Source: Solirubrobacteraceae bacterium
GTDB taxonomy: Bacteria > Actinomycetota > Thermoleophilia > Solirubrobacterales > Solirubrobacteraceae
Direction of reading: 5' to 3'
DNA: 64,000 bases
NCBI GenBank assembly: GCA_035499395.1
Contig: DATJYY010000158.1
Coordinates: forward strand, 4,222-68,221
Part shown: positions 39,824 through 49,031 of the stretch, piece by piece
Numbering within the stretch: the first letter of the stretch is position 1
How the letters are laid out: every line of letters begins with the position of its first letter
Made by a program: the position numbers and the translations under genes
Notes under the pieces: model-generated
What the model was told of the DNA's origin: nothing
The model's input: only the letters and a program-made list of their open reading frames with translations
Database searches by the model: none

Positions 39824-41257
39824 ATGTCGTTTTCGCTCGCGCCGGCGCGTGCGGCGGCCGTCGCCTCGCGCGCGATGGTCGCCTCCAGTCAGCCGCTGGC
39901 CACGCTGGCCGGTCTCGACCTGCTGCGAGAAGGGGGGAACGCGGTCGACGCCGCGATCTGCTCCGCCGCGGTCCTGTGCGTGACCGAGCCTCACGCGACC
40001 GGGATCGGCGGCGACTTGTTCGCGATCGTCTGCGGCCCGTCTGGCGCCGTTCATGGCCTGGACGCCGCCGGGCCGGCGCCTCGGTCCGCTCCGGCAGCGC
40101 CGCCGGATGAGCTCGGCCCGGCGTCGGTCGACGTCCCCGGAGCGGTCGCCGGCTGGGGCGAGCTGTCGCGGCGGTTCGGCCGGGTCGGCCTCGACCGCTG
40201 CCTGGCACCCGCTATCGACCTGGCTCGCGAAGGCGTTCCCGCCGGGTCCAACTCGGCGACCGCGTGGCGGACGAGCCCGCGGGCTCCGGCGCAGTTCGGT
40301 GCGGCGCCCGGGTTCGGGGGCGTCTACCGCCTGCCTGACCTCGCGGAAACGCTGTTTGCGATCGCCACCCACGGGCCCGAGTTCCTCTACACCGGCCCGG
40401 CGGCGGAGGCCATCGCCGACGCGACCTGGCTCACCATCGGGGACCTGGCGGAATATCGCCCGCTGTGGGTGGAGCCGCTGATCGGGCGGTACCGCGGCGT
40501 CGACGTCGTCGAGCTTCCGGCGCCCACCCAGGGCGTCGCGGTACTCGAGGCGCTCGCGATCCTCGGCGACGATCCGCCGGACCTCCCCGAGCTTGTGCGG
40601 GCGGTGGCGCTCGCGCTCGAGGACGCGCTTGCGAACGTCCGCGACGGCGCCGACGTGAACCATCTGCTGTCGGCCGAGCACGTCGAGGCCCGCCGGACCG
40701 AGCCGCCCGGTCGCGTCACCGAGCCGGCCGGCGGGACCGTGTGCGTGTGCGCGGTGGACGGCGACGGGATGGCCGTGTCGCTCCTGCAGAGTCTGTACGA
40801 GGCGTTCGGATCAGGCGTCGTCGCGGGATCTACCGGGATCGTCTTGAACAACCGCGCCGCCGGGTTCGCGGTCCAGGGCACGGTCCTCGGCGGCACTCGC
40901 CCCTACCACACCCTGATCCCCGGGATGCTCATGCGCGGGAGCGAGCTGATCGGACCGTTCGGCCTGATGGGCGGGTTCATCCAAGCGCAGTCCCACGTCC
41001 AGTTCCTCACCGGGCTGGTGCCGTACGGGGACCCGCAGGTGGCGATCGACCGCGGCCGCTTCCGCATCGATGGCCAGGCGATCCGGCTCGAGCAGCCGCT
41101 GTGGGACCGCGCGGACGAGCTCTCGCGACTCGGCTTCCGAGTCATCCGCGAGACCGAGCGGAGCGTATTCGGCGGCGGTCAGGCGATCATCCTCCGCGAC
41201 GGGACGCTGTTCGGCGGCTCGGACTCCCGCAAGGACGGCTGCGCCCTCGGGATCTGA
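39824..41257 (+). CDS. ggt: Gamma-glutamyltransferase-family protein
   Basis: GGNAVDAA, GIGGD, VPGAVAGW, GT(nucleophile)VCVCAVD, RPYHTLIP, DSRKDG. Confidence 0.88.
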   Translation: MSFSLAPARAAAVASRAMVASSQPLATLAGLDLLREGGNAVDAAICSAAVLCVTEPHATGIGGDLFAIVCGPSGAVHGLDAAGPAPRSAPAAPPDELGPASVDVPGAVAGWGELSRRFGRVGLDRCLAPAIDLAREGVPAGSNSATAWRTSPRAPAQFGAAPGFGGVYRLPDLAETLFAIATHGPEFLYTGPAAEAIADATWLTIGDLAEYRPLWVEPLIGRYRGVDVVELPAPTQGVAVLEALAILGDDPPDLPELVRAVALALEDALANVRDGADVNHLLSAEHVEARRTEPPGRVTEPAGGTVCVCAVDGDGMAVSLLQSLYEAFGSGVVAGSTGIVLNNRAAGFAVQGTVLGGTRPYHTLIPGMLMRGSELIGPFGLMGGFIQAQSHVQFLTGLVPYGDPQVAIDRGRFRIDGQAIRLEQPLWDRADELSRLGFRVIRETERSVFGGGQAIILRDGTLFGGSDSRKDGCALGI

Positions 41258-41322
41258 GAACGAGCTCGACAGGAGGGCATGCTCCACCGCAAGTGCCGAC
41301 CGGGGGCTTTGTGCCGGGCCAC

Positions 41323-41348
41323 GGAAGGATTCGGGTCGGGCCGCCGTC
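41323..41348 (+). promoter_or_regulatory. Putative ECF promoter GGAAG-N17-CGTC
   Basis: GGAAGGATTCGGGTC differs by one base from GGAAGGACTCGGGTC upstream of the ECF gene; CGTC at 41345-41348. Confidence 0.55.
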
Positions 41349-41357
41349 TAGGAGATC

Positions 41358-41597
41358 ATGAACCGGAAGCGCACCTCGATGGCGAGCCCGATATCCGACC
41401 TGATCGATTCGGTCATGGACGGTTACGTGACCTGGCGAGAGGAGAGCGCGGCGGTCGAGGCGGCCTATCGCAGCTGGCGCGGTGCGGCGCCCGGCCAACG
41501 GGACGCCGCATTCGACGACTATTTCGCGGCGCTCGACCGAGAGGAGCACGCGGCGTCCGAGTACCGGCGCCTGGTCGAGCTGGCCGAAGCGGCCTGA
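41358..41597 (+). CDS. Small hypothetical protein
   Basis: 79 aa; YVTWREES..AY..W...Y.AALDREEHAA; GGAG RBS. Confidence 0.7.
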   Translation: MNRKRTSMASPISDLIDSVMDGYVTWREESAAVEAAYRSWRGAAPGQRDAAFDDYFAALDREEHAASEYRRLVELAEAA

Positions 41598-41616
41598 CGC
41601 CCCGCGCCCCTTCGGA

Positions 41617-42114
41617 TCAGTACCCGTAGATGTGACTGGCGGAGCTCGCGGGCGCGGTGATCGCGCCGCCGCGCGCCGACACCACGTACCAGCGCCCGCC
41701 GAACCGGGTCAGTCCCTGCCCGGCGGTCTGTTCCTCGTGCCGATCTCCGGCGTAGTAGTACAGCGGGTGACCGTCGTAGGTGACCTGCTTGGCGCCGCCG
41801 GGTGCCGGGATCGTGCCGATCAGGGCAGCGCTCACGCCGCTGTTGGCCGCCGGCTTTGCCGTCGCCGTGAACGGTGGCCAGATCGCGCGGCCCGCCCCGG
41901 ACAGCGCGCTGACGTTCGGCCGGTCACCCTCGAACAGGTACAGCGTGCGGTTGTCGGCGTCGACCAGGACCGTGCCGAGGCCGGTCAGCTCGAGGGACAG
42001 CGCCGAGTTCGGCGCGACCGGCTTGCCACTTGAACCGCGTGTGGCGACGATGACGCCCGCGACCGCGGCGATCACGACGACGACGGCGGCGATGACGAGA
42101 CGAGCGCGAGTCAT
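41617..42114 (-). CDS. Secreted repeat protein (COG4315 / Lipoprotein_15-like)
   Basis: N-terminal TM; LVDADNRTLYLF, WPP, QVTYDGHPLYYYAGD, GQGL..FGGRWYV. Confidence 0.82.
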   Translation of the reverse strand: MTRARLVIAAVVVVIAAVAGVIVATRGSSGKPVAPNSALSLELTGLGTVLVDADNRTLYLFEGDRPNVSALSGAGRAIWPPFTATAKPAANSGVSAALIGTIPAPGGAKQVTYDGHPLYYYAGDRHEEQTAGQGLTRFGGRWYVVSARGGAITAPASSASHIYGY

Positions 42115-42143
42115 CACTCTAAGGCGGCTCCGTTGCCCCAAAC

Positions 42144-42169
42144 GACGTCGCGGGCCCGGCGAAACTTCC
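42144..42169 (-). promoter_or_regulatory. Putative ECF promoter GGAAG-N17-CGTC
   Basis: Minus strand: GGAAG 42169-42165, 17 nt, CGTC 42147-42144. Confidence 0.5.
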
Positions 42170-42202
42170 CGGGCAGGCGATTAGTAGGTCGCGGGCCGGC
42201 GC

Positions 42203-42541
42203 TCAGCCGGGCCCGATGCGATCCTGCTCTTCGATCGTCCGCTCGGCGGTCGGGAGCGCCTCCAGCCGTGCGTCCGGAATCGGCTTGCCGCTTTCCACCG
42301 ACAGGCCGTACGTCCCCTCGGCGAGCCTCGCCTCGGCCCGCTGCACCGCGTCAAGCTCGCGGCGCAGGTCCTCGGCGCGGGTGGCGTTGAACTCATCCTG
42401 GTACAGATCCTCGGAGTCCAGGTCGCCGGGCTCGACGCGAGTGTCGCCCTCGAGCGGGCCGTCGCGACCGAGCGCCGCCATCGCCTCCTCGATCCGGTTC
42501 CGTTCCCGGGCCAGCAACTCGCGAGCGCGATCTGGATCCAT
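42203..42541 (-). CDS. TraR/DksA-family protein lacking Zn-finger cysteines
   Basis: Coiled coil followed by AEARLAEGTYGLSVESGKPIPDARLEALPTAERTIEEQ. Confidence 0.8.
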   Translation of the reverse strand: MDPDRARELLARERNRIEEAMAALGRDGPLEGDTRVEPGDLDSEDLYQDEFNATRAEDLRRELDAVQRAEARLAEGTYGLSVESGKPIPDARLEALPTAERTIEEQDRIGPG

Positions 42542-42719
42542 GCCGCACAGGCTACTGAGCCCGGTCGATCGCCGGCGTCCCGGCCGGCGCGGCCACCCCG
42601 CGCTGCCGGACGCCGTTGACAGTGCCGTCTGAAACCGAGCCCGGTTCCGACGAGGATCATCTGCGCCGCGATCGTGCCGTAGCCGGTCCCTCGAACGGCT
42701 GCGCGGCGACGACTGATGC

Positions 42720-42975
42720 TCAGAGCTTCGCGCTGAACGACAACTTACCGAAGTCGTAGTGTGGATCCCGCCCTCGGTCACCGTCGAAGTGAGAGTGCCG
42801 GTGACCTTCTGACGCTTGAAGCTCCCGCTGAGCCTGTCGACTGTCTCCGAGTTCGGGTGACCCGTCGCGCTGAACTTGTTGTCCGTGATTGCGATCTTCA
42901 CCTTGTCGGCGCCGGTGAACTCGCCGCAGGACCCGTACCTCGCGACGTAGCCGACCTTGACGACCTTCCCACCCC
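42720..42975 (-). pseudogene. Probable remnant of a secreted beta-rich protein
   Basis: Coding-like stretch GGKVVKVGY..CGEF...VTGTLTSTVTEGG; no start or signal peptide; apparent frameshift before GKLSFSAKL*. Confidence 0.35.
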
Positions 42976-43028
42976 AGGACCGGCTCCGGGGACCACGGGC
43001 GCGCACGTTATCGGAGAAGATACGGCCC

Positions 43029-43955
43029 GTGCACGGCGGAAGGGAAGGCTTCGAATCGATCATGCTGACCTCCGTGGACGGGAACACGACCGCGGAGTTC
43101 GTGCCTGACGCAAACCTCGTGTGCTCCTCGTTCACCGTCGGGGGAGACGAGCTGCTCGACCGGCGCCGCGGCGTCCGCGCGTACGCAGAGCAGGGCAAGA
43201 CGATGGGCATTCCGCTCCTGTACCCGTGGGCCAACCGGCTGGCCCGTTTTGGGTACGAGGCGGCGGGCAAGGAGGTGTCGCTGTCCGAGGACGACGCGCG
43301 GATCCCCCGTGACTCGGGCGGCCTCCCGATCCATGGAGTGCTTCCCGGCCTGCTGCGGTGGGAGCTCGAGGAGGTGGACGCGCCCGACTCGCTCGCGGCC
43401 GTCCTGCGATGGCGGTCGGCGGAGCTGCTCGAGCTGTTCCCGTTCGTCCACGACGTCCGCGTCGGGGTGACCCTCGGGCGCGCGGAGATAAGGATCACGA
43501 CGACCGTGACCGCGGCCGGCGACGGGCCGGTGCCGGTGTCGTTTGGATACCACCCGTACACGCGGGTTCCGGCCGCCTCGCGCGACGATTGGCACGTCAC
43601 GCTCGGCGCCGCCGATCGGCTCCTGCTCGACGACCGCTCGATCCCCACCGGCGAACGGGCGGCGATAGAGCATGCAACGTTCGGCCTCGGCGGGACGAGC
43701 CTCGACGATGCGTTCGACGCGGTGGCCGATGGCGCCGAGTTCGAGGCGAGCGCGGGTGAGGCGAGGCTCACCGTCGCGTTCCTCGCGGGCTACTCGTACG
43801 CGCAGGTGTTCGCTCCCACCGGCCAGCAGTTCATCTGCTTCGAGCCGATGACCGCACCCACGAACGCACTGAACAGCGGCCAGGGGTTGGCGATCGTCCA
43901 GCCGGGCGCGGCCTACCGGGCCGCGTTCAGGATCGCGGTCTCGTCGGGAGCGTGA
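43029..43955 (+). CDS. Aldose 1-epimerase family protein
   Basis: GIPLLYPWANRL, PIHG, FGYHPY, LDDAF, ICFEPMTAP; start uncertain. Confidence 0.85.
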   Translation: MHGGREGFESIMLTSVDGNTTAEFVPDANLVCSSFTVGGDELLDRRRGVRAYAEQGKTMGIPLLYPWANRLARFGYEAAGKEVSLSEDDARIPRDSGGLPIHGVLPGLLRWELEEVDAPDSLAAVLRWRSAELLELFPFVHDVRVGVTLGRAEIRITTTVTAAGDGPVPVSFGYHPYTRVPAASRDDWHVTLGAADRLLLDDRSIPTGERAAIEHATFGLGGTSLDDAFDAVADGAEFEASAGEARLTVAFLAGYSYAQVFAPTGQQFICFEPMTAPTNALNSGQGLAIVQPGAAYRAAFRIAVSSGA

Positions 43956-44812
43956 TGTCGCCCGGCGTCCGAGTGGCCAGTTGCCAGATCGCGCCCAGCG
44001 TCGAGCGCCCGGAACGGAACGCGGAGCTGGCGCTCAACACGATCGCCGGCGCGATCGACGCCGGCGCCCAGATCGTGGTCCTGCCCGAGCTCGTCAACAG
44101 CGGCTACGTGTTCACCTCGGTCGACGAGGCACAGGCGGCCGCCGTGCCCGCCGATGGGGAGCTGCTCGCCGGCTGGGCGCGCGAGGCGGCGCGCGGCGAT
44201 GCGGTGGTCGTCGGGGGGTTCTGCGAGCTGGCCCCGGACGGCCGGGTTCACAACAGCAGCGCGCTCGTCGACGGTGGTGGCGTGCGCGCGGTGTACCGGA
44301 AGCTGCACTTGTGGGATGACGAGCCCCGGTGGTTCGCCCCCGGAGATCAGCCCGCGCCGGTGGTCGAGACCCGACACGGCCGGATCGGGCTCGCGGTCTG
44401 CTACGACCTCGAGTTCCCCGAGCTCACGCGCGGGCTTGCGCTCGCCGGGGCCGAGCTGATCGCCCTGCCGGCGAACTGGCCGCTCGATCCGGCCCCGCCC
44501 GGCGGCCGGCCGATCCTCCATTCCCTCGCCGCCACCACCGCCTACCTGAGCAAGGTCTACGTCGCGGTGTGCGACCGATGTGGCGCCGAGCGAGGGCTCG
44601 AGTTCGAGGGTGGGAGCGTGATCGCGGACCCCGACGGCGGGCTGCGCGCCGGCCCGGTGCCGGATCACGGAGAGCGCACCCTGCTCGCCGACTGCGATCT
44701 GGCCGGCGCCCGCGAGAAGAGCTCCGGGGAGCGCAACGACGCGTTCGCCGATCGGCGTCCCGAGTACTACGCGTCCGCTCTTGCCCGGGACCATGGCGAG
44801 GGGTCCCCGTGA
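43952..44812 (+). CDS. Carbon-nitrogen hydrolase (nitrilase family)
   Basis: E-K-C triad: LPEL, YRKLHL, VCYDLEFPE; DRRPEYY. Confidence 0.9.
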   Translation: MMSPGVRVASCQIAPSVERPERNAELALNTIAGAIDAGAQIVVLPELVNSGYVFTSVDEAQAAAVPADGELLAGWAREAARGDAVVVGGFCELAPDGRVHNSSALVDGGGVRAVYRKLHLWDDEPRWFAPGDQPAPVVETRHGRIGLAVCYDLEFPELTRGLALAGAELIALPANWPLDPAPPGGRPILHSLAATTAYLSKVYVAVCDRCGAERGLEFEGGSVIADPDGGLRAGPVPDHGERTLLADCDLAGAREKSSGERNDAFADRRPEYYASALARDHGEGSP

Positions 44813-44858
44813 CGGGAACCCCTCGCCTCGCGCCCCCTTTGGCCCCCGGTCCCTGAGG

Positions 44859-45983
44859 TCAGTTGTGGCTCAGCACCAGGCCCTGGTTGCCGCTGCCGAC
44901 GCCGACTGCCCATTCATTGCTCGCGCCCGGGAACGTGGCCGCGGCGGCTAGCGACCCGCCGAATCCGCCGTTCGAGTCGACCGACCAGGCGCTCCCGTTC
45001 CAGCTCAGGATCATCGCCTGCTCAGGGCCGCCGTTGACGCTCGGCAGGTTGGTCCCGACCGCGTAGACATCGCTCGCGGAGCGGCCTGCCACCCCGCTGA
45101 GGGTGGGGTAGGCGCCGGGCGTGGGGCTCGAGACGACGGACCACCCGGTCCCGTTCCAGTGCTCGACCAGCGTGCTTCCGCCGATCGCGCTGCCCGCGCC
45201 GCTGGACTCGCCGACTGCCCATGCGTTCCCGGCCGATAGCGCCGTCACCGCGGTCAGCGTGCCGCTTGACCGGTTCGGCTGAGGCACGGCGACGACCGTC
45301 CACGCCGAGCCGTTGTAATGCAGCGCCTCGGGGACCGATGTCTCCGTCGCTGCATTGATCGTGCTCCCGACGACCCAGATGTCGGTCGCCGAGTCGGCCG
45401 AGATCGCGTTGCCCGACGCCGGGGTGAAGCTCGGGTCAGGGAGCGTGGCCACGCTCCACGCGCTCCCGTTCCAGTGCTCGGCCAGCCCGCCGGATGCGCC
45501 CTCGCCCACCGCCCACGCGTTCGTCGGGCTCATGTCGACCACGCCCGTGAGGCGCGCCGCGAAGCCCGTGATCGCGTCGAGAGAGTTAACCGTCCACGCG
45601 GATCCGTTCCAGTGCTCGATCAGTGTGCCGTAGTCGCGGCGCCGGATCATCGTGAAACCGACCGCCAAGGCGTCGCTGGCGCTGCTCGCGCTGACCCCGT
45701 CGAGCGCGGCGTATTCGCCGAGGTTCGGGGTCGGCGTCAGCGACCACGCCGTCCCGTTCCAGTGATAGGCGACGGCCGGCGCCTGCGGCTGCCCAGCCGC
45801 CACGAACTGCTGACCGACCGCCCACGCGTCCGAGTTCGTCCGCGCCGAAGCTCCCAGCAGCGACACGTTGTTCCCCGTCGACGGCACGCTCACCGGCGTC
45901 CACCCGCCCGCGGCGAACGCCGACGGGACGATCGTCAGGGCGAGCGCCAGCGCCGCCGTCACGGCAAGGCCCATCTTCTTCAT
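44859..45983 (-). CDS. Secreted repeat protein, probable beta-propeller
   Basis: Signal peptide (..PSAFA) and about 6 repeats of L.GVSA.S..DAWAVG...HWNG..W. Confidence 0.8.
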   Translation of the reverse strand: MKKMGLAVTAALALALTIVPSAFAAGGWTPVSVPSTGNNVSLLGASARTNSDAWAVGQQFVAAGQPQAPAVAYHWNGTAWSLTPTPNLGEYAALDGVSASSASDALAVGFTMIRRRDYGTLIEHWNGSAWTVNSLDAITGFAARLTGVVDMSPTNAWAVGEGASGGLAEHWNGSAWSVATLPDPSFTPASGNAISADSATDIWVVGSTINAATETSVPEALHYNGSAWTVVAVPQPNRSSGTLTAVTALSAGNAWAVGESSGAGSAIGGSTLVEHWNGTGWSVVSSPTPGAYPTLSGVAGRSASDVYAVGTNLPSVNGGPEQAMILSWNGSAWSVDSNGGFGGSLAAAATFPGASNEWAVGVGSGNQGLVLSHN

Positions 45984-46023
45984 CGTCTGCTCCCCGGTTG
46001 AGATTCTCCGTGTGCCAGCCGAG

Positions 46024-46049
46024 GACTCCGGTGCTCGCACGATCCTTCC
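46024..46049 (-). promoter_or_regulatory. Putative ECF promoter GGAAG-N17-AGTC
   Basis: Minus strand GGAAG 46049-46045, 17 nt, AGTC 46027-46024. Back-to-back with a plus-strand GGAAG (46052) followed by N17-ATTC. Confidence 0.5.
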
Positions 46050-46096
46050 TCGGAAGGCTCGCGACCTCGGAAAATTCACAACCGTACGCTTGAGGG

Positions 46097-46411
46097 GTGC
46101 GCCCGAGATTCGTCCTCGCAGCGGTCGCGGTCGCGGCAGCTGCGGCGGGTTGCGGGTCGCGTGGCGGCTTGTCGCATGCCGCCGGGCCCGCGCTGTTCGC
46201 CGCGGACTGCGGCGTGTGTCACTCGCTGAACGGACACCAGTCGCCGCACCGGCAGGGTGGCGATCTCCTCGGCCTACGCACCACCCGCGCTGAGATGCTC
46301 GAATTCGTCCGCGAGATGCCGGTCCCTCACCGGCTGAGCCCGGGTCAGCTCGAGACTGTCGTCGACTACGTGCGCGCCGTCGAGGCGGGCAGGCCCGGGA
46401 GGCACGGCTAA
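46097..46411 (+). CDS. Small c-type cytochrome lipoprotein
   Basis: Lipobox AAGC, heme motif CGVCH, distal Met in EMP. Confidence 0.8.
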   Translation: MRPRFVLAAVAVAAAAAGCGSRGGLSHAAGPALFAADCGVCHSLNGHQSPHRQGGDLLGLRTTRAEMLEFVREMPVPHRLSPGQLETVVDYVRAVEAGRPGRHG

Positions 46412-47424
46412 GGCAAGCCCGACGGCACGAGTTCGCCCACGCCGGCCACCGTGGTCGTCGGCGTCAGGCCGCCGGCGACGACGATCCGTCCCCCGATCGC
46501 GAGCGAGGCGGTGTCCGACAGCGGCTCGGGCAACCGGCCGGCGGGTCGGACGGCGCCGGTGCGAGGGTCGATCGACAACACGTGCGCGGTCTGTGAGCCG
46601 AGCGCGCTGCCGCGGCCGCCGACCAGGTACACGAAAGAACCGAGCGTCGCCGCGGAGGCGTGGGTGATCGGCTGAGGTAGCCGCCCGATCTCGCGGATGT
46701 TCCCGGTGGCGGGGTCGAACCGGTAGATCGCGTCGCTCGCGCCGTCGGGCGCCGATCCGCCGATGATCAGGATCCGGTCGCCGATCGCCGTTGCCGCGGC
46801 GTAACGTAGCCCGACGGGGAGGTGCCCGGCGATCCGCACCGGCGCGCCCGGCCGCCAGGCGAGGATCGTGCTTAACCAGTTCGTGCCGTCGTAGCCGCCC
46901 ACCACGTACGCCGTCCCACCCGCCGCAGTCACGGCCACGTCGGATTGGGCGCGGGGCAGGGTGCCGACCGTGCGCACCGATCCGCGCGCTGGATCGAATG
47001 CGACGATGTGGTCGAGCTCGGTCGACGCTCCGCCGCCGAACACGTACACGTCGCCGCCGAGCTGCACGCCCTGGGCGTCGTGCTGGCCCAGCGGCAGGCT
47101 CGCCGTGTGCACCAGGCCGCGGAGGTCCGCGACGTCGATCGCCGCACTCGAGACCTCGGACGAATCCAAGCCGCCGACCAGCGCGAACCGGTCCCCGCCG
47201 ACGACGGCGAAGGCCGGATCCTTGATCGGCGAGGGCAGCTGGTACGCGGAGCGGTAGACGAGCGTGACCGGGCGCTCCGGCACCGAGCGCGGACGGGCCA
47301 CGGAGGAAGAGCTTGCGTGGGCCGGTGCCTTCCGTGAGGCGGTGCTCGCCTTCTCGGCGCTGCTCCCGCACGCGGAAACGGCCGGCGCAGCGAGGAGTAT
47401 GGCCAGCAGGAGTGGACGGCGGAT
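46408..47424 (-). CDS. Kelch-repeat lipoprotein; apparent ATC start
   Basis: Kelch GG repeats (YVFGG, YVVGGYDG, YLVGG). In-frame signal peptide (I)RRPLLLAILLAAPAVSAC lies upstream of GTG 47301. Confidence 0.78.
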   Translation of the reverse strand: MRRPLLLAILLAAPAVSACGSSAEKASTASRKAPAHASSSSVARPRSVPERPVTLVYRSAYQLPSPIKDPAFAVVGGDRFALVGGLDSSEVSSAAIDVADLRGLVHTASLPLGQHDAQGVQLGGDVYVFGGGASTELDHIVAFDPARGSVRTVGTLPRAQSDVAVTAAGGTAYVVGGYDGTNWLSTILAWRPGAPVRIAGHLPVGLRYAAATAIGDRILIIGGSAPDGASDAIYRFDPATGNIREIGRLPQPITHASAATLGSFVYLVGGRGSALGSQTAHVLSIDPRTGAVRPAGRLPEPLSDTASLAIGGRIVVAGGLTPTTTVAGVGELVPSGLP

Positions 47425-47559
47425 CCGGCGATCCTAGCCAGCGGGGTCCGCCTGGGCGGCGGGTGCGTGTCTCCGTGTGGAAAGTCTCACCGCAGCCTTA
47501 TTTTGATCAGCGCGACGGGACCCAAACTCGTCGTCCTGTCCTTCGACGCTCAGAGATCC

Positions 47560-48714
47560 GTGGTCCGGTTGCGGACGGCAGCCGTGTTCCTGGCCCTGAG
47601 CGCGTTGCTGCTCTCGGGCTGCGGATCGGGTCACCACCGCGCGACCGAGCCGTCGACCTCTGTGCTCGCGCCGCCACCGGCGGGCGGCCAGCGTCAGCCT
47701 CACCAGCGTGTGGTCGTGAACGTGTACAGCGCCGACGCCGCCGGCGACCTCAGCCCGGTCGTGCGGCGCGACCCCGCGCTCGTGTACGTCCCGAACAGCC
47801 TGAGCAACACCGTCGACGTGATCAGCCAGCGGACCCTGAAGATCGTCGAGCATTTCCCAGTCGGGGCGCTACCCCAGCACGTCACGCCCACGTACGACCT
47901 GCGGACGCTGTACGTCGACAACGACCTCGGTAACAGCCTCACGCCGATCGACCCCCGCACCGCAAAGCCCGGCCGGCCGATACCGGTGGAGGATCCGTAC
48001 AACCTGTACTTCACTCCCGACGGCCGGTTCGCGATCGTCGTCGCCGAGCGGCTGCAACGCCTCGACTTCCGCGATCCCAACACGATGCGCCTGGTCCACT
48101 CGTTGCCCGTGCCCGAGTGCCGGGGCGTCGACCATATGGACTTCTCCGCGGACGGGCGGTACGCGTTCGCAAGCTGCGAGTTCGCGGGCCGGATGATCGA
48201 GATCGACCTCCGCACCCGGCGGGTAATCCGTACGCTCGTCATCAACCACGGCCTCGCGAGCCCGCAGGACGTGAAGCTGTCCCCCGACGGCCGCACCCTG
48301 TACACGGCCGATCAGGAGAATGGCGGCGTGTGGGCCATCGACCCGTCTTCGTTTCGCGTGATCGGATTCGTCCGCACGGGAGCGGGTGCCCACGGCCTGT
48401 ATCCGAGCCGGAACGCCAGGTTCATGTACGTCGCCAATCGCCAGGCGGGGTCGATCTCGGTGGTCAGCTTCCGAACGCGCCGCGTGATCCGGACGTGGCA
48501 GCTGCCGCTCCCCGCCAGTCCCGACATGGGCGGCGTCTCGGCCGACGGCAACACGCTGTGGCTGAGCGGCCGCTACAACGCCGTCGTCTACGCGATCGAC
48601 ACCCGGACTGGCCGCCTGCGCGCTGCGATCCCGGTCGGCGACGGGCCGCACGGACTGTGCGTGTGGCCGCAGCCCGGGCGCTACTCGCTCGGGCACACGG
48701 GCATCCTCCGCTAG
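47560..48714 (+). CDS. YVTN/YncE-type beta-propeller lipoprotein
   Basis: Lipobox LSGC; YVPNS..NTVDVI, PQDVKLSPDG, YVAN, IPVGDGPHG. Confidence 0.85.
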   Translation: MVRLRTAAVFLALSALLLSGCGSGHHRATEPSTSVLAPPPAGGQRQPHQRVVVNVYSADAAGDLSPVVRRDPALVYVPNSLSNTVDVISQRTLKIVEHFPVGALPQHVTPTYDLRTLYVDNDLGNSLTPIDPRTAKPGRPIPVEDPYNLYFTPDGRFAIVVAERLQRLDFRDPNTMRLVHSLPVPECRGVDHMDFSADGRYAFASCEFAGRMIEIDLRTRRVIRTLVINHGLASPQDVKLSPDGRTLYTADQENGGVWAIDPSSFRVIGFVRTGAGAHGLYPSRNARFMYVANRQAGSISVVSFRTRRVIRTWQLPLPASPDMGGVSADGNTLWLSGRYNAVVYAIDTRTGRLRAAIPVGDGPHGLCVWPQPGRYSLGHTGILR

Positions 48715-48889
48715 CGCTGTTTGATTGGACTCGAAGAGAACCAGCATGGTCCGCCAATCGGGCTGGAGATAGGCGACCGTGGCAGGGCATGCACGTCCCG
48801 AGGCCGTCGTACAAACCCGGCGAGCGTGGGATCCGTTGTGTCGAGGTCATCACGCACCGAGCGCGTCACGGAGGCGGCTCGCCGAAGTT

Positions 48890-48927
48890 TGGCGATTTAC
48901 CCCTCATTTTTGAGGGGTAAAACGCCA
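48890..48927. terminator. AT-rich inverted repeat between convergent genes (bidirectional terminator, REP-like element or operator)
   Basis: TGGCG-A-TTTACCCCTCA TTTT TGAGGGGTAAA-A-CGCCA. Confidence 0.5.
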
Positions 48928-48976
48928 GTCACCGACGAGCCCCGATTGGCAGGATTTGCACGCCGGGGGTACCGCC

Positions 48977-49031
48977 GCCGGACTCAGCTGCCGGACTCAG
49001 CTGCCGGACTCATCAGCTGCCGGACTCAGCC
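48977..49031. repeat. 13-bp tandem repeat GCCGGACTCAGCT, 4 copies
   Basis: Copies start at 48977, 48990, 49003 (3-nt insertion) and 49019; the last overlaps the stop codon of the phosphoesterase gene. Confidence 0.85.

Noticed and set aside
48977-49031. Possible CRISPR array
   Set aside because: 13-bp direct tandem units without spacers, and no cas genes
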